This document shows, in pieces, positions 34,296 through 48,222 of a stretch of 64,000 nucleotides of DNA (position 1 is its first letter; every line of letters begins with the position of its first letter). The notes beneath the pieces are model-generated. The model did no database searches. It was not told the DNA's origin and worked only from the letters and a program-made list of their open reading frames with translations. Source of the DNA: Selaginella moellendorffii. Taxonomy: Eukaryota; Plantae; Lycopodiophyta. The stretch spans positions 444,731-508,730 of the forward strand of contig NW_003314358.1 of assembly GCF_000143415.4 (NCBI RefSeq). Reading direction: 5' to 3'. The position numbers were made by a program, and so were the translations under genes.

Positions 34296-34546
34296 TGGAA
34301 GAAATGGTGCTGTGAAACAATTTGAAACAGGAGGTTTTTATAGTCAGACTAGCCATTGCCTAGCTATGCTGCCAAGTTAGCAAACACTATTTTGTTTTTA
34401 TTACATTAAAAATTAAATTAAAATAGTATTAAAACAACATATATTATATTCCACTTTAAAAGAAGAATTGCTATACACATATATTTTTTCATAGAAAATT
34501 ATCAAATTCCTTAAAGGGAATCATAAGATCTAAATAACACAATAAA

Positions 34547-34972
34547 TTGAGACACAAATCCCTAAGCCCCAAAGTGGAGCCAAAAGGGTGCTATATAGTA
34601 GTGGTTAAAATGGAAGTTTAACAAGCATAATATGTTTGGACCAAAAGCTCCAACTTGGAAAGTTGAGAGCACCCCAAACAAAGTGCTCAAGGAATGAGTA
34701 CAAAATAATTGTGAATGAATCTCTAAATAGGGATACAAGAAGGATTGACACGTAGTAAGTGTCATGATATATAGAAGTGTCAAGCATGAGTTCAAAGAGG
34801 AGTTTAAGAAAGAGTCCAAGATGGAGTCCGAGAAGGAGCCCGAGATGGAGTCCGAGAAGGAGCCCAAAATGCTGAGATGGAGTCCAATACAAACCCAAGA
34901 TGGACCTGAGATGGAGTTTGAGATGAAGTTTGAGGTGGACCTAAAATGAACCTAAGATGGAGCCTGAGATGG
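34547..34972 (+). mobile_element. 5' part of an old family-B LTR, interrupted by element A
   Basis: tgagacacaaatccctaagccccaaagtggagcc matches the reverse complement of the B LTR end (48393/54188). It continues into a diverged GAGATGGAGTCC minisatellite. Confidence 0.8.
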
Positions 34973-37900
34973 TGTCACGAATGTGACTTCGGGTATTGAA
35001 AGTTATCTGTCGGCTAGTCCTTACGGACACTCTTTCCTTATTGCCATGATGGCAGGAGGTCGGTATTGATGAACCCTTTATCAATCCTTCTTGTGCTAGT
35101 GGAGTTAACTGGGCATTTCAAGTGTATTTAGACCGAACGAGTATAAGAATGGAATTCTTATGTGTTATTAACTAAGCATACTTAGCTCGGTAAGGAGTTC
35201 CTGTCTCATTATGTCTTGCACTAGCTAGTGACAAAAACCCTCGCGTGTTGAGATTAGTCCCTCAATATTGCTGGATGATAGCTTATCGTATTTGCTAAAC
35301 ACCCTCACTATCATGCCCTTTGTGTTAGTCTCATTTCGGTCCCAAATGTTAATTATGGAAAGTGTTTAGATTTACTTATTTGGCATATCTACAGAATGTA
35401 GAGATTGGCCTAAACATAATGGTGTTTGTCTTGTGTCTAAATTCGCAATCTAAGGACATTCCATATTTAGTAAGTTTTGAGTTTGTCCAAGAGACTAACT
35501 CTTAATACTAAAGGAGGCTTGGGGTGAAAGCCCAAAGCGTGTGTTCCTTAAGGGGGGAAGGGGGGAGTATGGGAGATTCCAAATGTATAGTAGGGATAGT
35601 GGGTAAGTTAGGCATGGCAGACCAACTTGAGGCATAGTCTAACTCTTGCTTGCATGTTTATCTTTGTTCTGCGTCTGGCTTGGGTCTAAGCCCAAGTTCC
35701 ATTCCATGCTAGTTGGTGGAATACCCATGTCCTCGCATTAGGCCACCGGTATGCTAAAATAACACTAAACTCCCTTTGGCTCCATTTTGCGTGCTGGTCT
35801 TAGCATTGGGAAGCTAGTTACTCTAGGACTAATCCAAGTTGCTCCGTGCTCCTATCTCTTCGCTCCTCAGGCTATATGCTCGAAAGTCATTCCATGCTCC
35901 AGTGCTAATGCTCCTTGGCTTTATGTTTAGGAGTTTGGCACCGTTCTTTTGTTCAATGGCCAAGGCTTTGAAACTTAGGCTTTGCACCATTGTCCATTGG
36001 ACACGTGGCATGTGGCATGTGGCATGTGGTATATAGAGGGTTTAGGTTTCGCCTTGTGGTGTTATCCTATAGTAAATCACCATAGGATAAAGGGTAAAAA
36101 CCATGTGCACTACATTTGGTATTAAAGGATAAGTCTTAGCAAATATTATTCAATGAGATTGGGCAACTAGTTTTGTTGCATACGTAGAGATGAAACGATG
36201 ACTCGAGTGGGTACATATATAGGTGCAAAGGCTTCGCAATCGTTCCTTGGGTATAAATTTTAGTTACCTTGTTATACCTTATGATGTGAGCTTGCTCTTG
36301 GGCTCATAGGATAGGTTTGAGGTGTATTAATTTTGCATGAGTTTTTGCTTGGGCTTATGAGTGAGGCACATTAGCAACTCAAAGTTACACTTTGAGTTGG
36401 CAAGATTAATATTAACCTATTGATGGTTCTATAAGTTGTTCTAGTGGTTCCATGAGTTGTTCCTTATACCATGGGTGAAAGCAAACTTCCCTAGGTTTGT
36501 TATGAGTGGCAAAGAGGTTGGTCCATAGGTGTTTAGCACGGCACTAGTGGATCCTTCCTAGGCATGATTATAAGTGAATCAATCAAGATTGTAGGGATTA
36601 GTCTATTGGTTTAGGTAGTCATTGCCGTGCTCTCTCATAAAATTTCTTGGATTAAATTGAAGGCAGTGTGAAAGCAAGCTTGAGGTTTGGTCAAAGATGA
36701 GACCGAAAAGAGAGTCATCAAGGACAAAGGATCAAACACGTAAATCATCTTTTCTTCTTGGAGAGATGATTTGCAACAAGGTGTAACTCATTGCTTGTGT
36801 TCACATTATGCAATCAAGAGTCCCTACCTTGATGCATGTTGGAAATGATGGTTTTACAAGTGGTGAGTTATAGGATGGATAGTAGTGAAACGCTATACTA
36901 TTTTGTCTAGGCTTATTATTGGAAGACTTAGGTTACAATGTTCAATTCTTTTTTGGGAACCTTGCTATTGCTCCTTGAGTAGCTTGGTGTTAGATTGGTT
37001 TTGAGTTTGGTTAGAAAGAGAATGGCATGAGTTTGTCCATATTGTGAACAAAAGTTAATGGTGTTGGGTGTTATAAGTCTTTATTGGTAGAGTATGGCAT
37101 TTATGTTGCACTTTATCAAATCGAGTTGGCACTTGATACTCACATAAATCTTTGAAGTAATGACATGGGTGTTATTCATGGTGTTGCTTAATTAATGATC
37201 AAGTCATTGTGATATTTATATCATATCCATGTGAAAATGAGTAATGTGTTTATGGTTAATGATAATCAACCCCAAAGTGGTTGATGGTAAAACTAGTCTA
37301 CTTACATATAGTAGCATTGTAGTAGCTTTGACTGAATTCTCAATAGTGATTCAATATGCTAAACTTAAGTTGGTACCTTGTTTTTGTGAGAGTTTGCCCA
37401 TGAGGTGTTAGAAAGGTTATAGCATTCATTTGCTATAGCTTGTCAGTTGGTCCATTAGCACTTGGAGTAGATTGGATGGAGAAGACGTGTAGTTGAGGCA
37501 TTGACATTACTAATACTTGTGTTAGTGGAAATGGCATTGTTATTTCGAGTGATAAGGAATTTTTCCTTAGAGCTTGATTTTCCATGTAATTTTTCTTGTT
37601 AGTGTTTTGGCTTTATATTAGATCTTGAAGGTGGTTGAAGAAAAGTGTTAGTGCAATGTGGATATCTGAAGATGTAGTCTTTGTGATCAAGCCTTGGGCA
37701 TTCACTTTGCATTTTGCGGATATTAGTGTTGGATGTAAAAAATGTGGGCAAAAGATGTTTGAGGCTTAAGCATACTATGGGTCATGAGAATTTGTGTTGA
37801 AGTGAATCTATGTGAAGTTGTTGATAGGAGAAAGTTGGTTGAGTCTTGAAAGTTTGTATTCCTGGATTAAGAGTCATTCTTTCTTTAGGATAGAAAATTT

Positions 37901-39552
37901 TCCATAAATTTTCTTAAACTTTTCCAATTAGTTGATCTATTGATCATTTTGCCCGAAAACCATTCCATTTTCGTAAGCTAATACAAACTAGTGAAAGGGT
38001 TGGAGTTGACTTCAGCTAGTTTAGACCTTAGTAGGTAGGTTGTATAATGCGACTCAAAAGGGATGCTGACTTTTGGGGCTAAGGCAATTGAATTAGATAG
38101 AGTTTGGAGTTAGTGTAGAAAAGAGGTTTGTTGCGCTTTTCTAAAAAGGGTGATCCTTGTGCCTTTCTTCTATAGCGTTTTGCTTGGTAGCAAGTTGCAC
38201 CTTGCATTTCGTTAAACTCTATGAGAGTAGTGAGCTCTCACTGATCTTGACTTAGTCTTGGTAGCTCTATGCCTTGGTTGAGGATGGTGATGTCCAATTT
38301 AGTTGTTTAAGGTTGAGATGTTAGTACCCATATTATACCTTTGTCTATGAGGAAGTTGTGTACCAATATGAGTCTATCTCATTGTCTTTACTTTAGTTTC
38401 GACTGAATGTTGATTATGCATAGCTAGCCTCTTCAAAGGCATGCTCAAAGTTAGTGGCTAAATGCATTAGTGACTTTATTACGGTTGAGTTGGATTCGAG
38501 TGGTCATTTAGTTTATGCTAGTCCATGAATCTTTATCTTGTATTTGGGGTATTATGTTCTCATACCTAGGTTATGACTAGTGATTACTTGTAGATTTTGT
38601 CAAGGACTTTTAACACTTGCTTCACTCAATGAAGATTTAGCAATGGTGGGCTTGCTTTACCGGATGGTGCTGCAAGGATCGTGTCGTTAGACTTGCATGG
38701 TTTTCTTATGTTGGCATATCGATTCTACCTCTGTCAATATCATTTAATTACATTTAGCTCGTAGTGTTGGATTTCATTAAGTCTTAGATGTGGTGAATCA
38801 CTCTTTGATGACGTGTTATCTATAACTGAGTTTTGTTGAAAGATTGGTCTTGGATACTAGGTATAGTATCTTTGACTTTGGTTAGTTTGGTTGCAAAGGA
38901 GTTTTGAGTGATGATTCACTCTTGCTTTTTTTTAGTTTTGTTTTAGTGTTGGTGGCATTAAAGTGATGCTTTTTTGTTGACATTGTTAATATTGAGATTT
39001 GAGTGAAATGAGATGTCTCTCCAAGGATTGATATTGAGTTTCATTAGTCTTGATAAACATAATGTTGATGATTTTGTTGTAGCTTTATGTTATTGGCATT
39101 TGTACAATTGCTAGTTAGCAACTGTATTAATGTTCAAACGAGATAAATAGAAAGTTTGAGCTAGTTGTGTTCTAAATAAGATTATTTAGCAGGAGTTGAG
39201 CTTTGACCTTCTCCTTGAGAAGTAATTTAGTCGTGGACTATGTTAGCTTTATGAGAAGAAAAATTAATGATTGATTGGAATGTTTGAATTTTTATTGGAT
39301 TTGAGTTGGAATATCTTGATCATTGATGATTCTTTTTGTGCTTGTTATAAGGTGAGTTACGTTTTGCTATAGATGGATTCATGGAAGATCGATTAGATGA
39401 TCATTTGATGAGCATAGTTTCGTTATACTTAGCTTTTGGATTAATGCAGATATGCTCTTCATTAGCTTTGCATTATGAAGTTTAGCTTATAGATGTGTTG
39501 AGGAGGATATTATGGGTTATGCCATAATTTCTTCCTTGACATTGAAGTTAGT

Positions 39553-42500
39553 TGTCGTGAATGTGACTTCGGGTATCAAAAGATACTTGTCAGCTAGTCC
39601 TTACAGACATTCTTTCCTTACTGCCATGATGGCAGAAGGTTGGTATAATTGGTTCCCTTTATTGTTCACACTTGAGCTAGTTGAGAAACTGGTCAATGAC
39701 CGTGTACTTAAATTGGATAAATATAAAGTAGGAACCAAATGGGGGGTTCCAAATGTATAGTAGAGATAGTGGGTAAGTTAGGCATGGCCAACCAACTTGA
39801 GGTATAATCTAACTCTCGCTTGCGTGCTTATCCTTGTTCTGCGTCCGGCTTGGGTCTAAGCCCAAGCTCCACGCTGTTCTAGTCGGTGGAGTACCCTCCT
39901 CCTCGTGTTAGGCCACTGGTATGCCAAAATTGTGCCAGACTCTGTCTGACACCATTTTGTGTGCAGGTGTTGGATATGGGGAGCTGGTGCTCATGGGATT
40001 GTATCGGACCCTCGTTTATAACGCAATAAGCTTGGAGTTCAGCTCCAAATTCAGGTGCACTACATCTGGTATTAGAGGAATTGTTTCAGCGACTCCTATC
40101 CAACTTTTGTCAAATTTTCTGACTCAAGTTGCATATGCAAAGACTTTTCTAGTAGATCCAAAGTGACTTGTGTAGGATTAGTTGGATTGCACCATTCACT
40201 AGTAGGATGGTGAAGAGGAACTGTGCTAATGATGCTGAAACCTCTAGACAGGCGAATTGAAAGGAGGAAACTCTTGCTAGAGATGCTGCAGAAGAGGCTG
40301 AGGCCGAGTCAGAAGAGGAAGAGCCAAATGTTGTAGCGTTGCAGCGTACGGCTCAAGAAGTCAAGATCGAGAATTTGCGAAGGGAGATTCGCAACTTGAA
40401 AAAGGAGAACAAGAAAAGGAAGAAAGAAGCTGAGGCAGCTATACTAGCTAAGCCTAAGCAACCAGACTCCTCTTCAAGTTTTGAGGACAATGAAGTTTTG
40501 CAGCCGCCCCTAGTTGCACGAGTTTCAAAGTTTAAGCCTTCGAAACCACCCAACTTTAGAGGCATGCGGGATTATCAAATTTTGGACGATATGGAAAACT
40601 ATTTCATAGTGGCAGATGTAGATGATTGTACAAAAGTTGCGTGCGTGCAATCCTTTCTCACTGATCATGCCAAAACTTGGTGGCACCAGGTGTGTGTTGA
40701 AAAAGGGCAGACTAGAAGTTGGACCAAGATGTGGTCTTGTATCCATAAGGAATACTTGCCGGATGATCTTGGTTTGAGACTTCACGTCGAGCTACAGTGG
40801 TTAAAGCAGCGAGGGGATCTCATGCATTACATTAATGCATTTGCTCAGAAGCGCATTATGATTGCAAATATGAGTGACGAAGGTGCTCGGAGTTATTTTC
40901 TGGATTTTAAGTTTTAGTTTATTTTCTCACAATGAGATTTTGAAGTTTAAGCTGAAGACGTACCTAGAGTGTAAGGAGGTAGTGCAGCAAGTTGCCTTTA
41001 GTCACTCGCTCATAGAACAATATCAACAGCTGTATGTTGGTACCTCGGACAAGAATAGGAATTTTGGGAATAAACAAGGTGATCGAAAATAGTGGGTGGA
41101 AGGTAGGTTCTGCTCTGGAGGCTCACAAGCAACGGTTAACAAAGGTGGTGGTGGTTGGAGACCACCAGCAGCTTCTTTTGGTTCTAGGCCCTTTGTTCCT
41201 CCTCCTGGTGGGTATAAGTAGTAGCAACCTGCAAAACCTGCTCCTAGCGAAATGGTAGTGTGGGTCATTGCTTCAATTGTGGAGAGTCGGGACATAAGTC
41301 CTCGGAATGTCCCAACAAGCATAAGATAAGGGCTCGTGTTAATGTTATGAGGGAAGATGGTGGAGGTGAAGCCGAAGGGGTTAACGAGTTGGTCAATGCA
41401 GATTATGAAGAAGAGAAGGTGAATAACTTTTGTTGCTTTCCTCAAGTTTTCTTGCAATTAATGCAAACACTGATCCGTTAATGTATCTGGTAGGCTTTGT
41501 CCGTGGACACCGAATCCGAGTGATGATTGACACGGGAGCTACGCACACCGTGATATCCGAAAACTTAGTTAAGTTATTAGGATTGAATGCTGAGCAAATG
41601 TCGCCTATGCACTTCCAGTTTGCGGAAGGTGGGCAAGTAGCTAGAAAGTTTATGAGTGACGTTCCAATAAAAATATCCAAGTGGAAAGAAAGAGTGGACT
41701 TGGTAGTGTTGAAGATACCAGATTTTCAGATGGTGTTTGGTATGGATTTCTTCAACAAATATATAAAAGGGATTTATGGTGTTGGACAAAATTGTATCAC
41801 GTTGAAGTCCGAAGGATGTCCTGATGTGTCCTTCCAGTTGCAAAAGCATTCCTCAAAAGATTGAGATGCAAAGTTCTTGACTGCGAGGGCTGCTCAAAAA
41901 GCAACTAAGAGGGGATGTCAAACCTTTGGGTTCAAGTGATGGAAGTTGAGGGTGTTGGTGACTTAGTTTGAATCGGCGATGGATTTGATCTTGTACCAAA
42001 AAGGATATTGGAGTTGTTGGCGAGGAATCAGGATATCTTCCTAAAAGATTTGCCACCAGGGCTACCTTCTAGCCGTGAGATTGATCATCGGATTGAGGTT
42101 ATTCTAGGTTATAAACCATCTACAAAAGCTCCATATTAATTGAACATCAAGAAGATGGTTGAACTCAAGAAGCAACTCACAGAGTTTCTTGACAAAGGTC
42201 ATATCCGACCAAACAAGTCACCTTATGAAGCGCCGGTCCTTTTTGTTATGAAAAAGGATGGAACCATGAGGATATGTATTGACTATCGGGCACTCAACAA
42301 GATCATGGTTAAAAACCGTTATCCTTTGCCTTGCATTGATGACTTGTTTGACCAACTCTTAAAGGCTAAGTATTTTACCTGACTTGATTTGCGGTCCGAG
42401 TATCATCAGATACGGGTGGCAGATCAGGATGTGGAGAAGACAACCTTTAAGACTCGGTACAAATCTTATGAGTTCCTTGTCATGCCATTCAGGTTATGCA

Positions 42501-45500
42501 ATGCTCCGGCAACGTTCAACACTATGATGGATAGAATATTCAGTGATTATTTGGATGCATTTGTTGTCCTATATATCGACGATGTTCTAGTCTTTAGTGA
42601 AATGTTGGAGGATCATTTGAAACACTTGGAGCTGGTGTTTCAAAAGTTGCGCGAACACAAACTGTATGCTAAGGAAAGTAAATACGCTTTTGGTCAATTA
42701 CGCATAAACTTTCTCAGACATATAGTTGGTGGTGGCATGATTGAAGTCAATCTAAAGAAGGTGGAAGCGGTGAAGTCTTGGGAAGTCCCAACCATTATAT
42801 CAGATATTCGTTCCTTTCTTGGTTTAGCGGGATACTATCGTAAGTTTGTCCGCAATTTTGCAAGAATTGCTCTTCCGTTGACTGAGTTGACGAAGAGTAG
42901 TATTCCGTTTCATTGGACACTAGCTTGTCAATGTGCTTTTGTACGGTTGAAAGAAATCTTGACTATGGTTCATGTTCTCAGGATCCCCGATCTTGATAAA
43001 CCCTTCGAAGTGCATTGTGATGTGTTTGGCTATGCTATTAGTGCTATGTTGCAGCAGGATTGTGACAAAGCGGTGGGTGTTACGCTAAGCCAACATGGTT
43101 GTCCTGTTGCGTTCTATTCCAAGAAATTGGATGAAACTCAACGAAGATAGCCAACGCATGAAAAAGAAATGTTTGCTATAGTGTTAGCCCTAGAACACTA
43201 GAGACATTACTTGGGTGGAAACATCAAGGTTTATACAGATAGTAACACACTAAGCTACTTTGCTACGCAGCCTAAGCTTATGCCGAAGTAGGCATGTTGG
43301 CAAGAAAAGCTTGCTAGATATGATATTAAAATCATATATAAACCTGGTAAAGATAATATTGTTCCAGATGCATTGAGTCATCAGACTCAGTTCCGGGCAA
43401 CGTCAGCAATCAGTTCAGACTGGTTAGAGGATGTTCATTCTTTGTATAGAAGTGATCCGTTGGCAAAGGCAATCTTATGCCGTGCAGAGTTGTCAAAGCA
43501 GAACTCTGGTAGCGAAGCAACGAAAGTTGCTAACCGCACCAATGCGAAGCTTCACTTCTCAGTTCAGGATGGGCTTATATTCTATAAGCAAGAAAGATTG
43601 TATCTTCCCTCTAAAGATCTGCAACACTTTTTTCTATGGGAACATCATGATGTTCCAGCAGCGGGACATGGTGGACAGCAAAAGACTCTAGCTTTGTTGA
43701 AAAAGGGATTTTTTTGGTTTGGTATGGAAGGTGATGTAGCGGACTATATCTGTTCCTGCCATATATCCTAGCAATGTAAGTGCAGAGCTGAGAAGCAGGC
43801 TGGAAAGTTGCAATGCATTTCAGCACCGGCATAGCCATTTCAGAGTGTGACACTTGATTTCGTCACTTGCTTGCCAAAGTCTAAGGGTTATGATACTTTG
43901 ATGGTGATTGTGGATTGGTTGTCGAAGATTGCACACTTCATTCCAACTGTGGGAACAGTGAATGCGAAACAAGCAGCAAAGCACTTTTTCCATGAAGTAG
44001 TGCGGGTTCGTGGTCTTCCCAAAGAGATGATCTCGGATAGAGATTTGAGGTTTACGGGGAAGTTTTGGGGCACACTGTTCCAGTTGTTTGGTACCAAGTT
44101 GAAGTTTAGTATAGCTTATCATCCTCAAATTGATAGGCAGACCGAATGCATGAATGCTCAAGTTGAGGATTATTTGGGGTACTATGTCATAGCGGACCAA
44201 CGCGACTGGCTAGAGCATTTAGACACAGCAGAAATCTGTTATAACAACACATTTCATAGCGCTATAGGTTGTTTTCCATGGGAGATGTTGCAAGGGAATG
44301 CTCGTGGGGTTCCTTAACAGATTGTTGTACCAAAACTAATGTCCAAAGTGTTGGTCCTAGCTATTGAGACTTATGCGGAGCAACTATGCCAAGGTTGGTC
44401 TAGGGCTATTGAGGCGATGGGCAAAGCTCAAGATAGGTATTGATATGATAAGGATCAACATCGTCAGGATGTATCCTATCAAGTGGGAGATCAGGTGCGG
44501 CTATCTTCCCGGAACTTGAACATTAAGGGATGTTTATCTTGGAAGTTGTTGCCGAGATATGTTGGACCCTATCGGGTGGTGAAGTGAGTTGGTGATGTAT
44601 CCTATAAGTTGGATCTTTCGGATGAGTTATCCCATGTACACGATGTGTTTCATGTCAGTTTACTGGCACCATATCATGTTGATACGGATCACTCTGTGGA
44701 CATTCGTCCCCCTCCGGAATTTGTGAATGGTGACATGGAGTATGAGGTTGAGGCAATTCTCTTGTCTCACAAAGCTCGTGGTGGTCATTTCAAGGAATAT
44801 CTAGTTAAGTGGAAAGGTTACCCGACTTTTGAATCGACTTGGGAACCTCATAGGAATCTTACACATGCTCGTGAGCTTGTCACGGAGTATGAGAATAGTA
44901 ATAAAGACTAGCTTTTGTAAACTTTGTAATAAATCTTGCAAATTAATAAAGTAATATATTTCTATAAATCAAAGTGTCGTTCCTCTCATTCATTAGTACT
45001 TGGGTTAGTTTTGGCAGACTGACTTTGGCACTTTGGTGCATGGGTTCAATCCATAACCATGGGGATAACTATTATAAATTGATCACAAGTCCCCACCTCT
45101 CTCTCGATGGCTCATTTTTGAAAAGGGGCGTGGTTATGTAAACAACTTAATCTGCCAGTTTATAGTAGTTGTTAAAAATCTTCCCGACGGGGTTGATTTC
45201 TTGCTCAGGGGAAGTTGGGCCTTTGGTATTCTCCCTATATCCCTACGGGCAGGGATGTATCATTCCTCTGTAAGCCGAGTGGTACTCGGAGTAGCAAGGG
45301 TGGCTAACTCTGTTAATCATTTCCTTATCGGCGACGGCCAGAGGGTGTTTAAGTCTTAACGTCTTTAGACGTAAAGGAGAGGTCATTCCATAACTTATTT
45401 AAGTTGGTGCGTTTCCCATATAGTGTGCTTTCCGTTAACTTTCAGAGTTGTTTCCTTGATGGTTTGCTAGACTCAGGTATGCATTGACGAGTACGTCGAT

Positions 45501-46433
45501 CTTCCCCAAGGGGGGGAGAGTGTCGCGAATGTGACTTTGGGTATCAAAAGATACTTGTCGGCTAGTCCTTTCGGACATTCTTTCCTTACTGCTATGATGG
45601 TAGAAGGTCGGTATAGTTGGTTCCCTTTATTGTTCCCACTTGAGCTAGTTGAGAAACTGGTCAATGACCGTGTACTTAAATTGGATAAATATAAGGTAGG
45701 AACCCTATGTGGTTCTTGCTGACTATACTCGGCCTGGTTTGAGAAACTCCAATCATTGGCTTGCACTTGCTAGTATCAAGAGCCCCCATGTATTGAGACT
45801 AGTCCCTCAATATTGCTGAATGATAGCTTACCGTGTCTGACAAACACCCTTGCTATCATGCCCTTAGTGTTAGTCTCATTTCGGTCCCAAATGCTAATTA
45901 TGAAAAGTGTCTAGATTTGCTCATTTGGCATATCTATAGAATGTAGAGATTGCCCTAAACACAATGGTGTTCGTCCCGTGTCCAAATTCGCAATCTAGTG
46001 CCATTCCATATTTAGTAAGTTTCGAGCTTGTCCCAGAGACTAACTCCTGATACTCAAGGAGGCTTGGGGTGAAAGCCCAAAGCGTGTGTTCCTCAGGGGG
46101 GGGGGGGGGGGGGGGTTCCCCATTTATAAAAAAGAAAAGGGTTGGAAAGCATGTCTGACAATTTTAGACATTAATTTGGCTCCTGCGGGGTTGGGGCACT
46201 CCTTTTTCTGCGGCTGGATTGGGGGTAAACCCAAGCTCCCCGCTGTTCCAGTCGGTGGAGTACCCTCCTCCTCGCGTTAGGCCACCGGTATGCCAAAATT
46301 GTGCTAGACTCCGTCTTACACCATTTTACGTGCAGATGCTGGATACGGGGAGCTGGTGCTTGTGGGATTGTACCAGACCCTCGTTTGTAGCGCAACAGGC
46401 TTGGATTTTGGCTCCAAATTCATGTGCGTTACA
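39553..46433 (+). mobile_element. Ty3/gypsy chromovirus C, full-length but mutated
   Basis: 5' LTR 39553-40064 (internally deleted) and 3' LTR 45521-46433, TG..CA ends. TSD TTAGT at 39548-39552 and 46434-46438. PBS TGGTATTAGAG at 40067, PPT at 45508-45520. Confidence 0.95.
40207..44911 (+). pseudogene. gag-pol of element C (gag, zinc knuckle, protease, RT, RNase H, integrase, chromodomain) with stops and frameshifts
   Basis: CFNCGESGHKSSEC; MIDTGATH; [20 protein letters not shown]; RSFLGLAGYYRKF; HDVPAAGHGG, ISDRDLRFTGKFW; YEVEAIL..EYLVKWKGYPTFESTWEP. Confidence 0.95.
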
Positions 46434-47664
46434 TTAGTTCATGCAAGGTTTGTGATCATTGTTAGGCAAGACTTGACTATAGGCTTTTTCAAGGTTTTAG
46501 TTCTTTGAGTTTTATGCTCATTGTTCCATTTGTTAAAAGTTTTTGGGAAGGTGTTTGGCTCATTAGCTTCGATGTTGAAGTTGGGTTTTGCATCTAGCAA
46601 TCATTGGTGATGATTGACTGTCATTTAGGATAGTTGATTATCTGTAAGCGATTAAATTTTTCCATTCTACTTTAGTCACTTAACCTCACCTCCGACCACT
46701 TGGAGGAGACTCATTCACAACCTCCATAAGTCCAATTCAGGACTTGGGACTTGCTAGCCCCAAGAATGGCATCCATGCCACTCAATACTTGCACCTGGTC
46801 CAAGTGCTCCACGTGTCCGATCCCATAACCAACACTCAAAGGTACCACCGACATGGCAGCCTGTTACGCTAGGGTCATGCCCAATCACCTTTGCCACACT
46901 AGTAGTCCAATACCACTTGCATCACAGTCTTGGCTCTCCAAGACTAGGCAAACCATCCGTGAGTGGTCATCTCAGATCCACTCCTTAGCATCCTTAGGAT
47001 GCCCACCGACAAGGGGAATAGCCTTCCCCAATATCCCTCTGTCAGTCCCCACTAAGTCCCTTTCTGCCCCTGGCCGTGTTTGCCAACACTGCCACTGGAT
47101 CGAGGCCCACAGGCCTGACCACTATGTCCCACGGTCCTTTGGGACTTCCTCACCACACGACTGTGTCCTTGGTCACTACCCCAGAGGGCTGCTCCTCTTC
47201 CTTTCCACAGTCTGGGCCTTTGGGACAACATTTCGGAACACCGTGGCCTTACGCGAGCCACCTGAGTACTCTCCCCGCCTTCTGCCCTTGGGTGCTCTAG
47301 CCATGGGCTTAGAGTGAGGTTCCATTGAGCCACGCCTGGTATCCAAGTAGGTAGTGCCAGCCACACTTGGACTGGGAGCATCGGCCAGTCGATCTCCCGG
47401 GGGAACTAGAGCCGGCTCTTGAACACTTCACCAAGCTACCCCGCTTGTCAGTCCGTGTACACTCTAGTCTTGGACTTCCCAGTGGTCAGCTCATCACCCA
47501 ACACTGGGCCTGGCCTTCCTGGGCCAAACTGGCCTTTCCTGGCCAAACTGGCTCCACTGGGCTCCAACCCCCACACTCTCCCTACTATACTTTTGGAACC
47601 CCCCCGCAGCCCCCCCCCCGGGGGACGATCGCTTTGGGCTTTCACCCAACTGCCTGTATTAGTA

Positions 47665-48222
47665 TTCGGACTCGGACTAGGACTCGGACTCGGACTCGGA
47701 CTCGGACTCGGACTCGGACTCGGTCTCGGTCCCGGATTTGGACTCGGACTCGGTCTCGGTCTCGGTCTTGGTCTCAGTCTCGGTCTCGGTCTCGGTCCCG
47801 GTCTCGGTTCCATCTCGGGTCCATCTCGGACTCCATCTCAGGTCCATCTCGGACTCCATCTCGGGTCCATCTCGGACTCCATATTGGACTCCACTTCGGG
47901 TCCATCTCGGACTCTATCTCGGACTCCATATCGGACTCCACTTCGGGTCCATCTCGGACTCCATATCGGACTCCATCTCGGACTCCACTTCGGACTCCAC
48001 TTCGGGTCCATCTCGGACTCCATCTCGGACTTCATATCGGACTGCACTTTGGGTCCATCTCGGACTCCATATCGGACTCCATCTCGGACTCCACTTCGGA
48101 CTCCACTTCGGGTCCATCTCGGACTCCACTTAGGGTCCATCTCGGACTCCATATCGGACTCCATATCGGACTCCACTTCGGACTCCATCTCGGACTCCAT
48201 ATCGAACTCCACTTCGGGTCCG
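47665..48222. repeat. compound minisatellite in B LTR: (CGGACT)n, (CGGTCT)n, then 11/12-mers (CGGACTCCATCT / CGGACTCCACTT / CGGGTCCATCT)
   Basis: Direct reading. Confidence 0.95.

Noticed and set aside
36115-39552. T/G-rich, C-poor strand bias in A, suggesting strand-specific C-to-U hypermutation
   Set aside because: The related coding element C shows a similar bias, so inheritance plus methyl-C decay is sufficient. Not testable by eye.
46120-46232. Apparently divergent segment in the 3' LTR of C
   Set aside because: It starts right after a ~20-nt G run and is a garbled version of the segment in the other LTRs (39750-39865). Most likely low-quality read sequence.
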